Below are positions 33,695-47,252 of a DNA stretch of 64,000 bases, piece after piece. Under the pieces are notes generated by a model that had not been told where the DNA came from, searched no databases, and was given only the letters and a program-made list of their open reading frames with translations. This DNA is from Selaginella moellendorffii. Taxonomy: Eukaryota; Plantae; Lycopodiophyta. Made by a program: the position numbers and the translations under genes. Numbering within the stretch: the first letter of the stretch is position 1; each line of letters opens with the position of its first letter. The stretch is taken from assembly GCF_000143415.4 (NCBI RefSeq), contig NW_003314265.1, positions 3,117,181 through 3,181,180 of the forward strand. Direction: 5' to 3'.

Positions 33695-34760
33695 CTATAG
33701 TGCACATGGTTTTCACCCTTTACCCTAGGATGGTTTACCATAGGATAATTATGGAACAAAACTTTAACCCTCTTTTTGGCTATATACCACATGCCAAGGG
33801 CAGTGGAGTAGAACCCAAGTTTCAAGGCATTAAGCCATTGAACAAAAGGACAAAACCAAACTCCCAAATATAGAGCCAAGGAATGAAAGAAGTAGAACAT
33901 AAAATGACTCCCAAATATATAGCTCAAGGAGCTAAAAGATAGGAGCATGAAGTGACTTGGAATAGTCCTAAAACTTCTAACATCTTAATGTTATGACTAA
34001 TATACAAAATGGAGCCAAACAGAGTTTGGTGCTATTTTAATATATAGGTGGTTAAATGTGAAGATATGGGTACTTCATTAGCTAACATGGCATGGAATTT
34101 AGATTTAGACCCAAGCTAAACACAAAACAAAGACAGGCATGCAAGTAGAAACTAAACTATACTTTAAATTGGTTAGCAATGCCCAATCCCTACTATACAT
34201 TTAAAACCCCCCATAATCCCTTCATGTTTCTAAGAACACGCTTTGGGCTTTCACCTCAGTCCCAAGAGTTAGTCTCTGAGACAATCATGAAAATTTATTA
34301 AATATAGAATGGTGTTAATTTGGAAGTAGAAATAACACTGTTGTGTTCAAAATAATTTTTACATTTTGTAGATATGCCCAATTAGTAGATCTAGACACTT
34401 TTCATAAATACCCAATAAGACCAAACGAAACCAACATGTGAGATATGATAGCAAGGGTGTTTGACAGACATGGTAAATTATCATCTAGTGAATATTAAAG
34501 GACCAAACTAAATATTATAGGGGTTCCCAACATTAGCAAGTGCAATCTAACAAATGAATTTCTCTAACTAAGTCAAGTATGTTTAATTAATAACACTTAG
34601 GAATTATGTCCTTATGCTCATTTGGCTAAGTACACATGCAAAGACCAGTTTATCAACTAGCTTGGATGGAAACTAATAAAAGCATCTAGCAATACCGACC
34701 TCTTACCGTTGTGGCAGTAAGGAAAGAATATCTAAAAGGATATGCTGACAAGTAAGTTTC
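33695..34760 (-). mobile_element. Decayed LTR of the same family as 62433-63549, same orientation
   Basis: Colinear similarity, e.g. tgcacatggttttcaccctttaccctagg vs tgcatgtggtttttaccctttatcctatgg, and gtggcagtaaggaaagaatatctaaaagga vs gtggcagtaaagaaagaatatccgaaagga. Confidence 0.8.
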
Positions 34761-35507
34761 TATTGTGAATGACTGCAGGTATCGTAAGTTACTTGTCTGC
34801 TAATCCTTTCAGATACTCTTTCTTTATTACTACGGAATGTAAAAATTGTCCTGAACATAATAGTGTTAGTCTCATGTTCAAATTCACAATTTAGCACCAT
34901 TTTATATTTAATAAGTTTCAAATTAATCCAAGAAACTAACTCCTAGTGGTATTAAGGATGGCTAAAAGTGAAAGCCCAAAGTGTGTGTTCGTTAGGGGGG
35001 GGGTTTTAAATGTATAGTAGGGAGAGTGGGTAGGTTAGGCATGGCCGACTAACCTGAGTCATAGTTTAGCTCTTGCTTGTATGCTTGTCATATTTGCTAT
35101 ATGATAGTTTACTATGTTTGTTAAACACCCTCGTTATCATGCCTTTTGTGTTAGTACCATTTGGTCTCAATTGCTATTTTTAGAAAATGTCTAAATTTGT
35201 TAATTTGGCATATCTACATAATGTAGAGATTGTTTTGAACACAATGGTGTTGGTCTTATGTCTAAATTCGCAATTCAAGCATCATTCCATATCTAGTAAT
35301 TGTGACATTTGTCCTAAAGACTAACTTTTGGTATAAAGGATGACTAAGCGTGGAAGCCCAAAGCATGAATTCCTGGGGGGGGGGGGGATTAAGGGGTTCC
35401 AAATGCATAGTAGAGATAGTGGGTAAGGTAGGCATAGTTAAGCTTTTTATAGTTAATCACTATAGAATCAAGGGTGAAAGCCATTAACACTACATTTGGT
35501 ATCAAAG
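34761..35507 (+). mobile_element. Rearranged 5' LTR of the same family in opposite orientation, followed by an iMet PBS
   Basis: Begins TATTGTGAATGAC..GGTATCG (cf. TGTCGTGAATGTGAC..GGTATCG), ends ..cactaca at 35494, then TGGTATCAAAG at 35497-35507. Confidence 0.75.
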
Positions 35508-38136
35508 GATGAGTCTCAACAAGTACTATCCAATGAGATTAAACAACTAGTCTCGTTACATATGCAAAAATGAAGATAATGATTCAAGTGGGTATACATT
35601 TGGGTGCTGAGACTTTGCATTCTTTCTTTGGGTTCGAAATTTGGTTACCTTTTTGTACCATATTATATAAGCTTGCACTTGGGCTCATAAAATAGACTGA
35701 AATGTTTCATTTGCATGAGTTTGTGCTTGGGCTCATGTGTGAAGCATATTAGGTTACATTTTGAATTGACAGAATTAATATTAGTTTATCGATGGTTACC
35801 ATGAGTGGTTCTATGTACCGTGAATAAAAGTAAACCTTCCTTGGGTTTGCTATGAGTGGCGAATAAGCTGGTATATAGTTGTTTAGCATGGCACTTGTGA
35901 ATTCTTCCTAGGCATGATTATAGGTGGATTAATCAAGATTGTACGGATTAATCTATTGGTTTAAGTAGTCATTATTGCGCTCTTTTATAAATTTTTCTTA
36001 GATTTGATTGAAGGCAATGTGAATAGAAATTTAAGGTTTAGTTAAGTTGAGACCAAAAAGAGAATTATCAAGGACGAAGGATCAAACATTTAAATCATCT
36101 TTTTTTCCTTAAAAAAATGATTTGTAATAAAGTGTTAACTCATTGCTTGTATTTATATTATGCAATCAAGAGTTCCTATCTTGATGCATGTTGGTTATAA
36201 TAATCTTACAAATGGTGAGTTATAGGATGGATAACAGTGAAGCATTAAACCATTTTTTCTAGGCTTGCTATTAAAAACTTGGGTTACAATGCTTAATTCT
36301 TTTCCAGGAAACTTTACTATTGTTTCTTAAGTAATTTGGTGTAAAATTAGTTTTGAGTTTGGTCAGAAAGAGTGTGGCATAAGTTTGTCTATGTTGTGAA
36401 CAAAATTGGTGGTGTTCAATATTGTAAATATTTATTAGTGAGGTGTGGCATTTATATTGTTTTTTGTTGAATAGAGTTAACATTTGACACATATAAACTT
36501 TTAAAGTAATAATATAGACTAATTCATGGTGTTACTTGATTGATAATCCACTCATTGTGATTTCCATATCATATCTATATGATCAGGAGCAATGTGCTTA
36601 CAAAGTTGCTTACTTAAACAATAATCAACCCCAAAGTGGTTGATAGTGAAGCTAATCTACTTATAAGAAGTAGCATGGTAGTCACTTTAACTAAATTTTC
36701 TAAATGATCCATTTCATGCTAAGCTTAGGTTGGTATTTTTAGTTTCTTGAAAATTTTCTTATTAGTTGTTGGAAAAGGTTATGGCATTTATTTGCTATAA
36801 CTTGTTGGAAATCTATTAGCACTTAGAGTAGATTGTTGGATGGAGAAGATGTGAAGTTAAGGCATTAACATTGCTAACACTGAAGGTGATATTGTTGTTT
36901 CGAGTGATAAGGAATTTTCCTTAGACCATAATTTTTCATGTCATTTTTCTTTTTAGTATTTTTGCTTCATACTAGATCTTGAAAGTGATTGAAGAAAAAT
37001 GTTAGGGCAATGTGGATATTTGAAAATATGGCTTTTATAATTGAGTTTTAGATGTTCATTTTGCATTATATGGATGTTAGTGTTTGATTCATAAATATAA
37101 ACATGATGTTTGATGCTTAGACATACTGATTGGTTATGAGAATTAGTGTTGAGGTGAATCTTTATGAAATTGTAGATAGGAAGAAGTTGGTTGAGTCATA
37201 AGAATTTATATTCATTTTTTTTCTAGAATGGAAATTTTCCACAAATTTTTTTAGGTTTTTCCAATAGTTGATCTATTAATCACTTTGTTTGAAAACCATT
37301 CCATTTTCAAAAACCATTACAAACTAATGAAAGGGTTTAAGTTAACTTCAATTAGCTTAGACTTTAGTATGTAGTTTGTATAATGCAACCTAAAAGAGAT
37401 GTTGACGTTTGGGCCTAAAACAATTAAGTTGGATAGAGTCTAGAGTTGGCATAAAAAAGTGGTTACTACACTTTTCGAGAAAGATGACCTTTGTACCTTT
37501 CTTTTGTAGCGTTATGCTAAATGGCAAGTTGAACTTTATATTTCATTAAACTCTATAGTGAACTCTCATTGATTTTGACTTGTCTTGGTAACCTTGTGTT
37601 TTGGCTGAAGATAGTGATATCCAACTTAGTTGTTTGAGATTGAGGTGTTAGTATGCATACTATGAAGAGGTTGTGTACTATATGAATCCATCTTATAGTC
37701 TTTATTTTAATTTTGATTGAGTGTTCATTATGCATAACTAGCCTCTTCAAGGCATACTTAGAGTTATTGGCTAAATATGTTAGTGAGCTTATTGCAGTTT
37801 GATTAGATTCAAGTGCCCATTTAGTTTGTGCTTGTCTATGTTCTTATATCTAGTACTTAGGATATTACTTCATGTTGGACAAATATAACTTAATGGCATA
37901 AGTTTAGTGTTTTGGTTTTGTGAAATGCAAGTTGAAAAGTGATTGTTAGTTGTTTTACGACTAATGATTGTTTGTAGACTAATCCCTCACCAATCCGTTG
38001 ATAATATATAATTACAGATAATATATCATCAAGGAGTGAATCACCACATCTAAGACTCAATGTAATCCAACACTATAGAGTAAATGTAATTAAATGATAT
38101 CAATAAAGATGGAATCAATATGCCAATATGGAAAAA

Positions 38137-38218
38137 CCATACAAACCCATAATACTATCCTCCACAACACCATTTGACCATACAAACCCATAATACTATC
38201 CTCCACAACACCATTTGA
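38137..38218. repeat. 41-bp perfect tandem duplication
   Basis: ccatacaaacccataatactatcctccacaacaccatttga occurs twice in tandem. Confidence 0.9.
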
Positions 38219-38227
38219 TACCTACAA

Positions 38228-38690
38228 TCACATTAAGGACACTTTCCCCCTCGTTAGGGAAGATCAACATCCTTATTGATGCATACTCTAGTCTTAACTA
38301 TCACCAAGGAAACAACTTTAGAAAAAATTTACAGTGCTTACACTTTATATATGAACTTAAATAAGTTAAGAAGTAACCTCTTTGTCTAATGCAAATGCAA
38401 CTTAAACACCTTTTTAGCCGTCACTAACAAAGAGATGACCAATGGAGTTAGCCACTCTTGTTGCTCTAGGTGTCACTCATGTTACAAAAGATCATATGCC
38501 TCTATTTATAGGTGGTATAGAGAGAGAATCCAAAGGTTCTAACCCTCATGAGCAAAGAAACCAAACTCATCGGTAAAGTTTAGATAGATTATTGTAAATA
38601 AGCAGTTAGAGTTGTTTACACAGTTACACCCTTTTAACAGAATAAAGAATATCAAGAGAGAGGCAGGTGATATGATCAATCTACAATAGT
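38228..38690 (-). mobile_element. Decayed PPT-adjacent internal fragment of the same LTR retrotransposon family
   Basis: Colinear with 63538-64000 (ttagggaagatc, caaggaaacaact, gagcaaagaaaccaaac, gtaaagtttagatagatta). Confidence 0.75.
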
Positions 38691-39863
38691 TATCTCATAA
38701 CTATAGATTTCACTATATACACAAAGTCTAGAAGCTAATCTACCTATATTGGCATACACCCAAAGATCAAAAGATGAACAATATCAAAATTAGAGACAAT
38801 GATATTTTAGAGATCAAATTATCAGTGAATAAATCTTAGATTAAAACACAAAAGTATGCCAAGTAATTTATCATCCAATAAACTAAAATTAGAGTATAGG
38901 AACCACCAAGATTACTATAGGTGAAAGTTATAGGATTAACCATCTAAGAAAATTTAATAGCAAATATATCATCAAGAAAACTCAATAATAAAGTGTAATT
39001 ACCAAGATAGCAGGCTAAACAACTTATGAAAGACAACTCAAAGAATATAAATTATCATCAACTGGCAAATAAAATGTTTACAGATGTATCACCCAAAGGA
39101 AATAACATTTAATTTATCAAAACTAATTATAGCAATAAGTAACAAAACAAAATGAATGCAAAATAACCAATAAATGCTCATTCATACTAATTATCACATG
39201 AGCTAATCTAAATAGGTCTTAGTCAACAATATTAAGGAACTTGAGTTTCTTAAGAAAGTATCACTAACATTCTATTGATATCTTAAATCTAAGAGACCAA
39301 TCCAGAGCAAACCACAAAGAATATGTGATAATATAAAAAACCAAAATCTATTAAAGAAAACAACTAACCATCATAAAAAATTATCAATCATCCCATTAGT
39401 AAAAAGAGGTATTATCATTGTCAAAGAAATAATCCACCATTCCAAAAAATAACAAAATCACAACAAAAGTTCTAATTAGGATATGTGTTGTTCAACAAGA
39501 TGGAAGTCAAAGTTTAAAAAGAGTTTTACATGATGGTGGGATGCATACAGATCCTATTGCCAGATGAGATCCAGAAGCTTACACTGTGCAGGCACACAAC
39601 AGCACAGCAGGATTCCTATGGAGAGGCTTCAACCTTCGAAGTCTATGTTCTCTTTAGTTGTCTTTATGGTTTCTCTAACTGTTTGTTTTTGCAATGCCAT
39701 GAAATTGCAACGGTGCCATAGAACAACGTTCCAGGGCCAGCTTAGATGGAGATTTACAATTTGGCAGTGGCGAAATGAGACGATCTACACAAAGCACTCT
39801 TGAAAAGAAATGAATACCTTTACAAAGTTCGAGTAGCTATGTCAAAAAACATCTTCTACTTCA

Positions 39864-40045
39864 ATGGCTTCTACTACCTGGCAGCTTGAGGACGTCAGAG
39901 AGTGTCTCGTAGCGCTGCTTGCGGATCATCCAGATCCAGAAGAGTGGAGGCGGCTGCTCGACAAGGCCGTCTTCATCCACGTGATTGTACCTCTCCCTCT
40001 CGCTCTCGCCTGCTCAACAAGGCCCTCTCTCTTTCTCCCTCCCCC

Positions 40046-40077
<32 letters not shown>

Positions 40078-40950
40078 GGCTGTTGAGGCTAACTTTTCAA
40101 GTGCAGTTGACAATGCCAAAAAGAGAGAAGCGAGCATCAACCTTCGGACGAGATCATCGACGCAGTCCACGACTACATGCTTGCTGATGACCAGCGCAAA
40201 TGAGCATACTTGGAAGATATGGGGCGAGGGACGTATGCCTACAATAGCGTGGATGCTGCTGTGATGCCGATGATGGCTGCCATCCTTGAGGATCCAGTCC
40301 AGTTCCGGGACTTCATCCGGAACGAGGAGGGGTGTTCCTGTGCCGGGACATCAAGTGCTACGAGTGACTTTGGTTTCGCTACACAAGCTGTTGCTCAAGC
40401 TGGGCGTGTTTGTGTCGAATCAATATCCGGTGATGGAGCTGCCGCAGTACGATCTCTCCATGGATTACATCTACATCACTTGGATTCTGGGACTTTCTTG
40501 GTCAGCGCCTGCCATGTTGTAAGGGTACCTCCTGGAAGGTAAGCGTTTCTGGATTGCTTGTGCTTGTGTCTTTGTGTACATGGGGAAGATCCCCAAGAAC
40601 TGGTTTCAGCGCCTCCTAGTTCCAGTGCCCTGGATCAAGCTGGCCATTGCGTACTCGCCCGCTGTTAAGAGGATCGTTTGGAAGAGGCTCAACCGCAGTG
40701 AGAACTGTCTGTTTCGGATGGTGGTCGACAAGCTCAGCACTCCATACCAGAGCTTCGACGAGTGTCTCAACATCCTGCAGCTCATCTAGAAGTTTTTGTT
40801 CGCTGAGGACAGTAATAATCTTTATACCAAGGTTACTGCGAACCAGCTGGTGCATTCACTGTCAGCATTCAATCAGTCTCAGCCTGTAAGTAACTCTCCT
40901 CTTGAAAGTGTTTTACAAAGACTCTTTGTTTTCTTACAGGTGCAATAAGA
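39864..40950 (+). pseudogene. Unknown GC-richer gene relic with frameshifts
   Basis: Coding-like fragments in changing frames (MASTTWQLEDVRECL..., IPKNWFQRLLVPVPW...) with intron-like borders. No family recognised. Confidence 0.35.
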
Positions 40951-41921
40951 GGACAAGGATATGGAGGGAAACCTTGCATTGCTCACGGTTTTAGAGGTCC
41001 TGCTTTTTGTGTACTTAGGTCGTGAAAAGTGGATCGATTTAAATTGAAATTTGATTCGTACAATATTCCGGTGTTTTCTCCAAAAAAAAAAGAAAAATAA
41101 ACTTTATTGGAATATACCTAGAATAATATTCTTCAACTTTTAAATTATTGAGCTGGGAATTATAATCTTTGTGGGTACTTAACTTTTTGTTTTAAGAGCC
41201 TTTCTAGCTTGTCTTCTCATTTTCTATACACAGGTACGTAAGGTGTTTTCAAGTACTTCTAGGGCCTCAATATCTTAATTGTTCCTAAAGGAAAAGATTT
41301 CTCTCATTCTTCGTTCAAGTATCTAGCCAAATTCCATCTTCTAAAGATTTATGTTTTATTAGTTATTCATACTATATGTAGAGATCAAAGCAATGATCCG
41401 AGTAGGTACACATTTGGTTTGCTATGGATTAGCAAGCATTCCTTCGGTGTGGATTTGGTTACCTTTTTGAACTATTTATTATACCATCTAAAGTATGTTA
41501 TACATTTAGATTAATCAAGTATAAATATATTTTATAATTTAAAAACTTTCTTGAACAGCTATCTTCTGGATATTTATAAATTATAAAAATGTTTACAGTT
41601 ATAAACTTTCATAAGCAGCTAGTCTTGCCATAGACACAAAGCCACTCATTTCCTTACAATGAACTCATGTGTTTGGTTTCATATAAAGTTTAGAGTAGAG
41701 TTTTCTATGCAAAGTTTAGACAAGAGAGATCAAGAGTTCTAATGAATGAAATGAAAAAAAATCTTACCTTCATTTTTTCTCTCAAGTTCATCACCACATC
41801 CTACAGTACAAGCAGGACAGCAAAGAATCGCCACTCTCCTATCATCACATAAGAGCATATCACTCAACCCAGCACAGTAAGGTAATATGATTATTTTTGT
41901 TATGTTAAATTGTTTATGAAC

Positions 41922-42657
41922 TTATAGCAATGATGATGGTGTAGGAGCTGGGCCTGGTGCTGATGCTGGTGATTCTGGTGCCAATGTTGGAGGTGTTGGT
42001 GCTGCTGGTGACAATAGGGGTGGTGCTAATGGTGGTGGAGTTGGTGATAGTGGTGGTGTAGGTGGTGGTGGTGGTTGTGTTCTAGGTGGTGGTGGCGTTC
42101 TTGGTTGTGGTGGTAGAGGAGTTCTTGGTCGTGGTGGGGGTGGTCTTCTAGGTGGTGGTGGAGGAGGAGTTCTTGGTGGTGGTGGAGGTGAACAAGCATT
42201 TGGAGTAAAATAATAGGGTCCACAAGTGAACTTATTATTTCCATTATTGATGCATGTTCTTAAGGATTGGCCACTTGGTCCACCATTTATGTCTGTTAAG
42301 AAAGAACACCCTTGTGGTGCTCTACTTGTATCCACATTCACTTGGCAACTCCCAATATCTGTTCCAGTCTTCACTATTTCAAAGATATCAAAGTATCCTC
42401 TACTATTTGTAAATGATGAATCACTATCTCTTGGACAAACCAGGTTTACCTTGACATCTGAAAAATTTAACAAGATTAGAAAAATATAGAAGATAGATCA
42501 TTTTCTTACTGAAGATGCCACTCTGAGAAAGTGAACCACAGTTAGTGCAATAAACATAGCCGTCTACTTTGATACTTGTAGTGGCAGCACAAAAATTTTC
42601 ATTTTTCAGAATGACTGCAAGTAATAAAATTAAATAGAGAAATGTTTTGCTTTCCAT
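41922..42657 (-). CDS. Secreted pollen Ole e 1-like protein with extensin-like Pro-rich tail, 2 exons
   Basis: Signal peptide MESKTFLYLILLLAVIL, then VDGYVYCTNC / VKVNLVC..SFTNSRGYF..CQV..GP..F, followed by SPPPPPRTPPP repeats. 52-nt intron at 42509-42458. Confidence 0.75.
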
Positions 42658-43590
42658 ACTTACATGGTAATATGAGGTAAAAGAATGCCCTTTTATAATC
42701 TGCACTACATTAAGTCAAACATCTAAGGTACAACTAATCAAGACTTTTTTTCAAACCCAAATATTCTGACTTATGTCATCTCATATTTCCTACTTTTGCT
42801 ATGCTAATGATCTTAAACTTGTAATAATAATAATAGAATTTCGGTATATTTGTTTAGAAAGTACAAAATCTAAACTTTGCATCTAATATTGGTTCAAATA
42901 AATTAGCGGAACTATTGGATTAAAATGCACCTAGATTAGGAAAGAATATTCTCAAAATCGAGTGCCTAACTGAGCTACATGGAGGACAACACACCGTAGT
43001 CGTTAATACAAATAAGGCTCTACTGCATACAAGTTATCTGGGTATCTAGATAGGTGGTACAAGAAAAGATGGAAGATGGCAAACCTGTGATCCCACCTAG
43101 ATCTCTATGATGTTTGGTGTACCCCAATTTTCCCAAGGTAAAAGTCTTTGTGCAGCTGTAAATCTCTTTTTAACCTTTACCCTTTATACTTTGAAATTAT
43201 GGTCTAAAAGAATATTCTCAGAATAACCTTTATTTTTGTTTCAAGAAGATAGATCACCTTATTGCAACATGGCTGCCAAGCAATGGTTTCTTCATTCACC
43301 CACACTTTCTTGTAATGCTCAAGAAATTAGGTGCCTCTAGCAGCCAGATCACCATTGTGTCCTTGGATGTTGTTTATGGAAATAGTTTAGATTTCCACAC
43401 CAAAGATGCTGCAATTGATTAAGAACACCTCTTAGTCTAGTTATTTTCAACAGTTAAATCATATTCTTTCTATAAAAGCATTAATATCAGTGACAACTTT
43501 ATTATTATTGAGTTTAATTTCATGGTTGTAAAGAATCTCCAAGAAGAAAAAGATTTCTGCCTTCATCACTTTTGAAGGTTTAATACCTTT

Positions 43591-43797
43591 TTGATCTTGG
43601 ACTTAACCTCGGATTCAACCTTGGACTTAATCTTGGACTCGATTTCAGACTCGACCTCGGACTCTATCTCAGACTTGATCTCGGACTTAATCTTGAACTC
43701 GACTTCAGACTCAATCTCGGACTCTGTTTTGGACCCGATTTTAGATCTTAGACTTCGGTCTCAAACTTGGTCTCAGATTTGATTTTGAACTCAATTT
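43591..43797. repeat. Degenerate 12-bp tandem array (about CTCGGACTCGAT)
   Basis: Repeating ttggacttaacc/tcggattcaacc/tcagactcgacc units. Confidence 0.8.
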
Positions 43798-44978
43798 CAT
43801 CTAATAAACTTTTTATCATTTTGGTCATGCTTTTAGGAATCTTTTAGCCTATGACACTTTGGGGAGTTAGTTCTTTACACTTTATTTCACGCTTTCTGCA
43901 TACATACTGTGACTTTTCTATTTTAGGTAGGCATAAAAAACATGTATGATTTAGAAGTTAAATAAATTTTTCTATTAACTAAAGGTGCAATGTGATGTTA
44001 TGTAACTGTGTTTGGTGCTAAACTCATAATACTCCCACTCTTGCTGTGAAAGGACAGTCTTGCTACAGAAGGATGGTAGCTTATGCTCAAACCTACAAAC
44101 AAAAAATCACAAAAGCTATTTGGCATTAGAAGCACCCTCAATATGGCAAAAGAGAGGTATCTTTAGATTATGAGGGTTTTATACTTTTATAGATAATCAG
44201 TGGTTTAGTGGCAACCAAAGTTAATCTTGTTTATATCTACATTGTATGTATATATGAAACCTCACAAAGAATCTATATATAACAAATAGACAATGAAAAC
44301 TATGGAAGAAGCATGACATCTTTTCTTTCTCATCTTTTCTAAGGTCATTAAATTTCATATAATTTTCTGTACTTTATAACCAGATTTTTTATGATGCAAG
44401 ATAGACTGAATGAATGCCAAACCAAGCTTAGCTTGGTAATTTAGTGATGCCAAAGAGTAAAAAGTGGTTATTACCATATTCTTGTGGTGATGAAAACAAT
44501 GACCATGATTGAGTTTATAACTCTCATCCAGTAATATTCATCATCACCACTAGAATACTCTCACCACCTTTTGCACCATCTTACGTTGAGGATATTGTTA
44601 CTTGCACATGCTAGGAGTGATCCGTGAGGATGTTCTGGATTGGAAGTGATTGCTCTCATTAATAGCGTGGAATTAGCAACTAGCCCCTTTAAGTTTACCT
44701 TTATCCTTTTTATTTGTAAAGTAAATTTTAAACTCGTCAATTTAGTATCTAAAATTAAAAGTATTGTTTTTCAAAATTATAGTAAGTAATTTAAATTGCA
44801 TAAAGAGTATAGTAATTTTGATTCGAATTACCTAAACCCAATGCATGGTGGCCCCATGCTGTTATATCAGTAGGGAACAGGCACGAGGGATTCTTTTGGC
44901 AGCACAGGGAGGGCAACATGATAGCCTGTGAGTGCCACTGAACTTGAAAAACTAAAAAGCTTGAAAAGATGTCGCTAG

Positions 44979-45629
44979 TCACACATGTTTATCCTGGTGC
45001 TCTTGAATCTCATCGCTCCTCCTCACTGCCAAGCACGGATCACTTTTGATCCAATTCTCGCGCCCCATGTCGAAGTTCTTGGCGTAGCTCCCCTCGTCGT
45101 ACGCGAAATCGATCCCCTTCTTCCTCGCCATGAGCCCGCCGCTCATCTGCCGGACCATTCGCCGCCTCCGGCAATGGACCTCGCTCACGATCCTCTTGGC
45201 CATGATCCTCCACACCGCGGCATTGGCCACGATCGCCGCCTGGCTGCTGGAAGAATCCCGGGCCTGATCATGACTAGAGGCTGGCGTGCTGTTCTTCCTC
45301 CTGTTCTCGGGGGAAGAATCCAACCCTGGCCAAAGCCGCTTGGCGAGGAGCAAAGAAAGGAGCGGCCACGACTTAAAGAATGCCGTCGGCAAGCACGACT
45401 TTGGCGGCCTCCCGGCATCGTCGGGCCCCTCGTCCTGATCGCCGCCCGCCATCTCCTCTTGATCATCGAGACTCTTGCAATACTGCCGCCAACGCTGGTC
45501 GCGATGATCCTCGCCTTGAAGCTGCTGGAGGAGATTTTGATCACTGCCGAGCAGTAGCAGTACCGAGGAGGTGGAGTCCCTAGCCGGAGACGTCCGCGTA
45601 AAGCAGCTGATCACTCCGCGCCGATCCAT
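44979..45629 (-). CDS. Plant uncharacterised protein with an FxYDxxSYAxNFD motif
   Basis: Intronless 216-aa ORF containing FAYDEGSYAKNFDMG, a motif typical of a small plant-specific family. Confidence 0.65.
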   Translation of the reverse strand: MDRRGVISCFTRTSPARDSTSSVLLLLGSDQNLLQQLQGEDHRDQRWRQYCKSLDDQEEMAGGDQDEGPDDAGRPPKSCLPTAFFKSWPLLSLLLAKRLWPGLDSSPENRRKNSTPASSHDQARDSSSSQAAIVANAAVWRIMAKRIVSEVHCRRRRMVRQMSGGLMARKKGIDFAYDEGSYAKNFDMGRENWIKSDPCLAVRRSDEIQEHQDKHV

Positions 45630-46558
45630 GGATCGTCCAAACCTCCTCCCAAAGATTTCTAATCCCTATCCCATGCCGCGAGCCCACGATTCTATAGGCG
45701 AGCGGCGATCTAGCTTCTGTACGCTGCGAATGCAACGGGAATCGCGAGAGGAATAGAAATAGAAAAGAGGGAAAGTCATGCCTCTTTATGGGAGCCAAAC
45801 AAATGAAAGTGGTCGAAATGGGGAAATTGCCGTTTAAGCGAGAGGCAGCCGCCACGCGTCACCATCTCTTAGGGCTCCTCGAACGAGATTTGTTTGTGGA
45901 GGAACGCTCAAGCGTGACAAACCAGAAAAGCATGTAGAGTTTTAGCCGGTTCTCAAGCTGGACACATCCCGGGAAGAGCGCGATTAAGCTATCCAAACTC
46001 GTTCGGATGATATCGCCAAATTCCCTTTAGTTGCTCGAGTTCCCTCCGCCCGACGATCCAAACCACGGGTACAAGGCTGTCAAGTGTCCTGTGGCGATAC
46101 ACTCGTACTTGTGCCGTGTTAGAGTGGGATTCCAGGGACGGTTGGCGAGCTCATTTGCCGCCAGATACTTGTAGAAGCAAGCCAAGAGACAACTTAGGAC
46201 CCATTCTGACACGAACCACGGGAATATTTTGAGAATAGTCCATGGGCCTGGGGGATTGAGCTGGTCTAAGGTTCGCTCCCTGGTTGTTTCACATTCGAAG
46301 CTGGAAAAGTTAAATTGTCGACAGAACTTCTGGCTTCTTTCAAAGTTGTCATAAGCTGGTGTTCTATAGCTCCTAGAAGGGCCGTTCCAAGCCGATTCTT
46401 TATTAACTCACTGCTGAAAAGAAATCAAAAGGGAAATCACTTTTGTTAAATTAATAGAAACGTCTTTTATCCTTTAGAAAAAAGTGTAAATTAGAGCGTT
46501 AAAAAAAGGAAGCCCAGAAGTTGGCAAAGATTGAACTGACGTCACACTTTTAGGGTTC

Positions 46559-47122
46559 TTGGCAGCCAAGAGCCTGGGCAGCAAGCGGAGGAAAGCGGAG
46601 AGCAAGTACTACGCCGTGGTAAGATTCATCTTCGAGGACGATGACACGGGCTTCCGCAACATTGAGTCGGTGCCAAAGGGCTTCTACGCCACTCTGGGTC
46701 AAACGTCCTTGACGAGCTCTTTCGAGCTGTCGTAGCGATCTTCTTCCTCGTCGCCGTCGCCGTGGTCGCCCTTGTCATCGCAGTCGGGCTTCCTGGAGCT
46801 GGCGATCTTCTCTAGCGTCGAGACCTGGAACTGGATCGCCGCCGCATAGGTGCGCGAGGCCGTGTGCGCCGGGGGCCTGGCCTTGAAGGACGCGTACCAG
46901 AAGATGATGGAGCTGATCGATGCCAGCAACTTCTTTGAAACGACCCACAGAGTGATTTACCACGTCATGCCGGCGGCCGCCCCGATCGTGGACGACGAAG
47001 ACGAGCCCGACGAACATCTTTCCCAGCTCTTGAAAGACCTGGACGAGGATGCCGATTCCAGTTTTGAGCTGGACGACCTCCGGGACGCGTTCTGCTGCTA
47101 GGAGCAGTGGCTCTTGTTCTAG
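46559..47122 (+). pseudogene. Unknown ORF relic broken by in-frame TAG codons
   Basis: One GC3-rich frame with TAG at 46733, 46847, 47099 and 47120. No ATG; TAGGGTTC leader motif at 46551. Confidence 0.45.
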
Positions 47123-47252
47123 CTCTTGCTGCGAGAAAAACTACTCAAAGAAGTAGAATAAGCAGTACCAGATCTGCGAATAAGATAGGATAGATTTACC
47201 AGCTTCATTTTCAGAGTAGCTTTTATTTTTAGTTCCCATCTAGCGTGTGATT

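Noticed and set aside
35510-39500. gag/pol or LINE coding remnants in the AT-rich block
   Set aside because: No recognisable RT, integrase or gag motifs by eye; needs a translated HMM search.
43591-43782. 63-aa SDST/SDLI repeat ORF
   Set aside because: By-product of the 12-bp tandem array; no ATG start.
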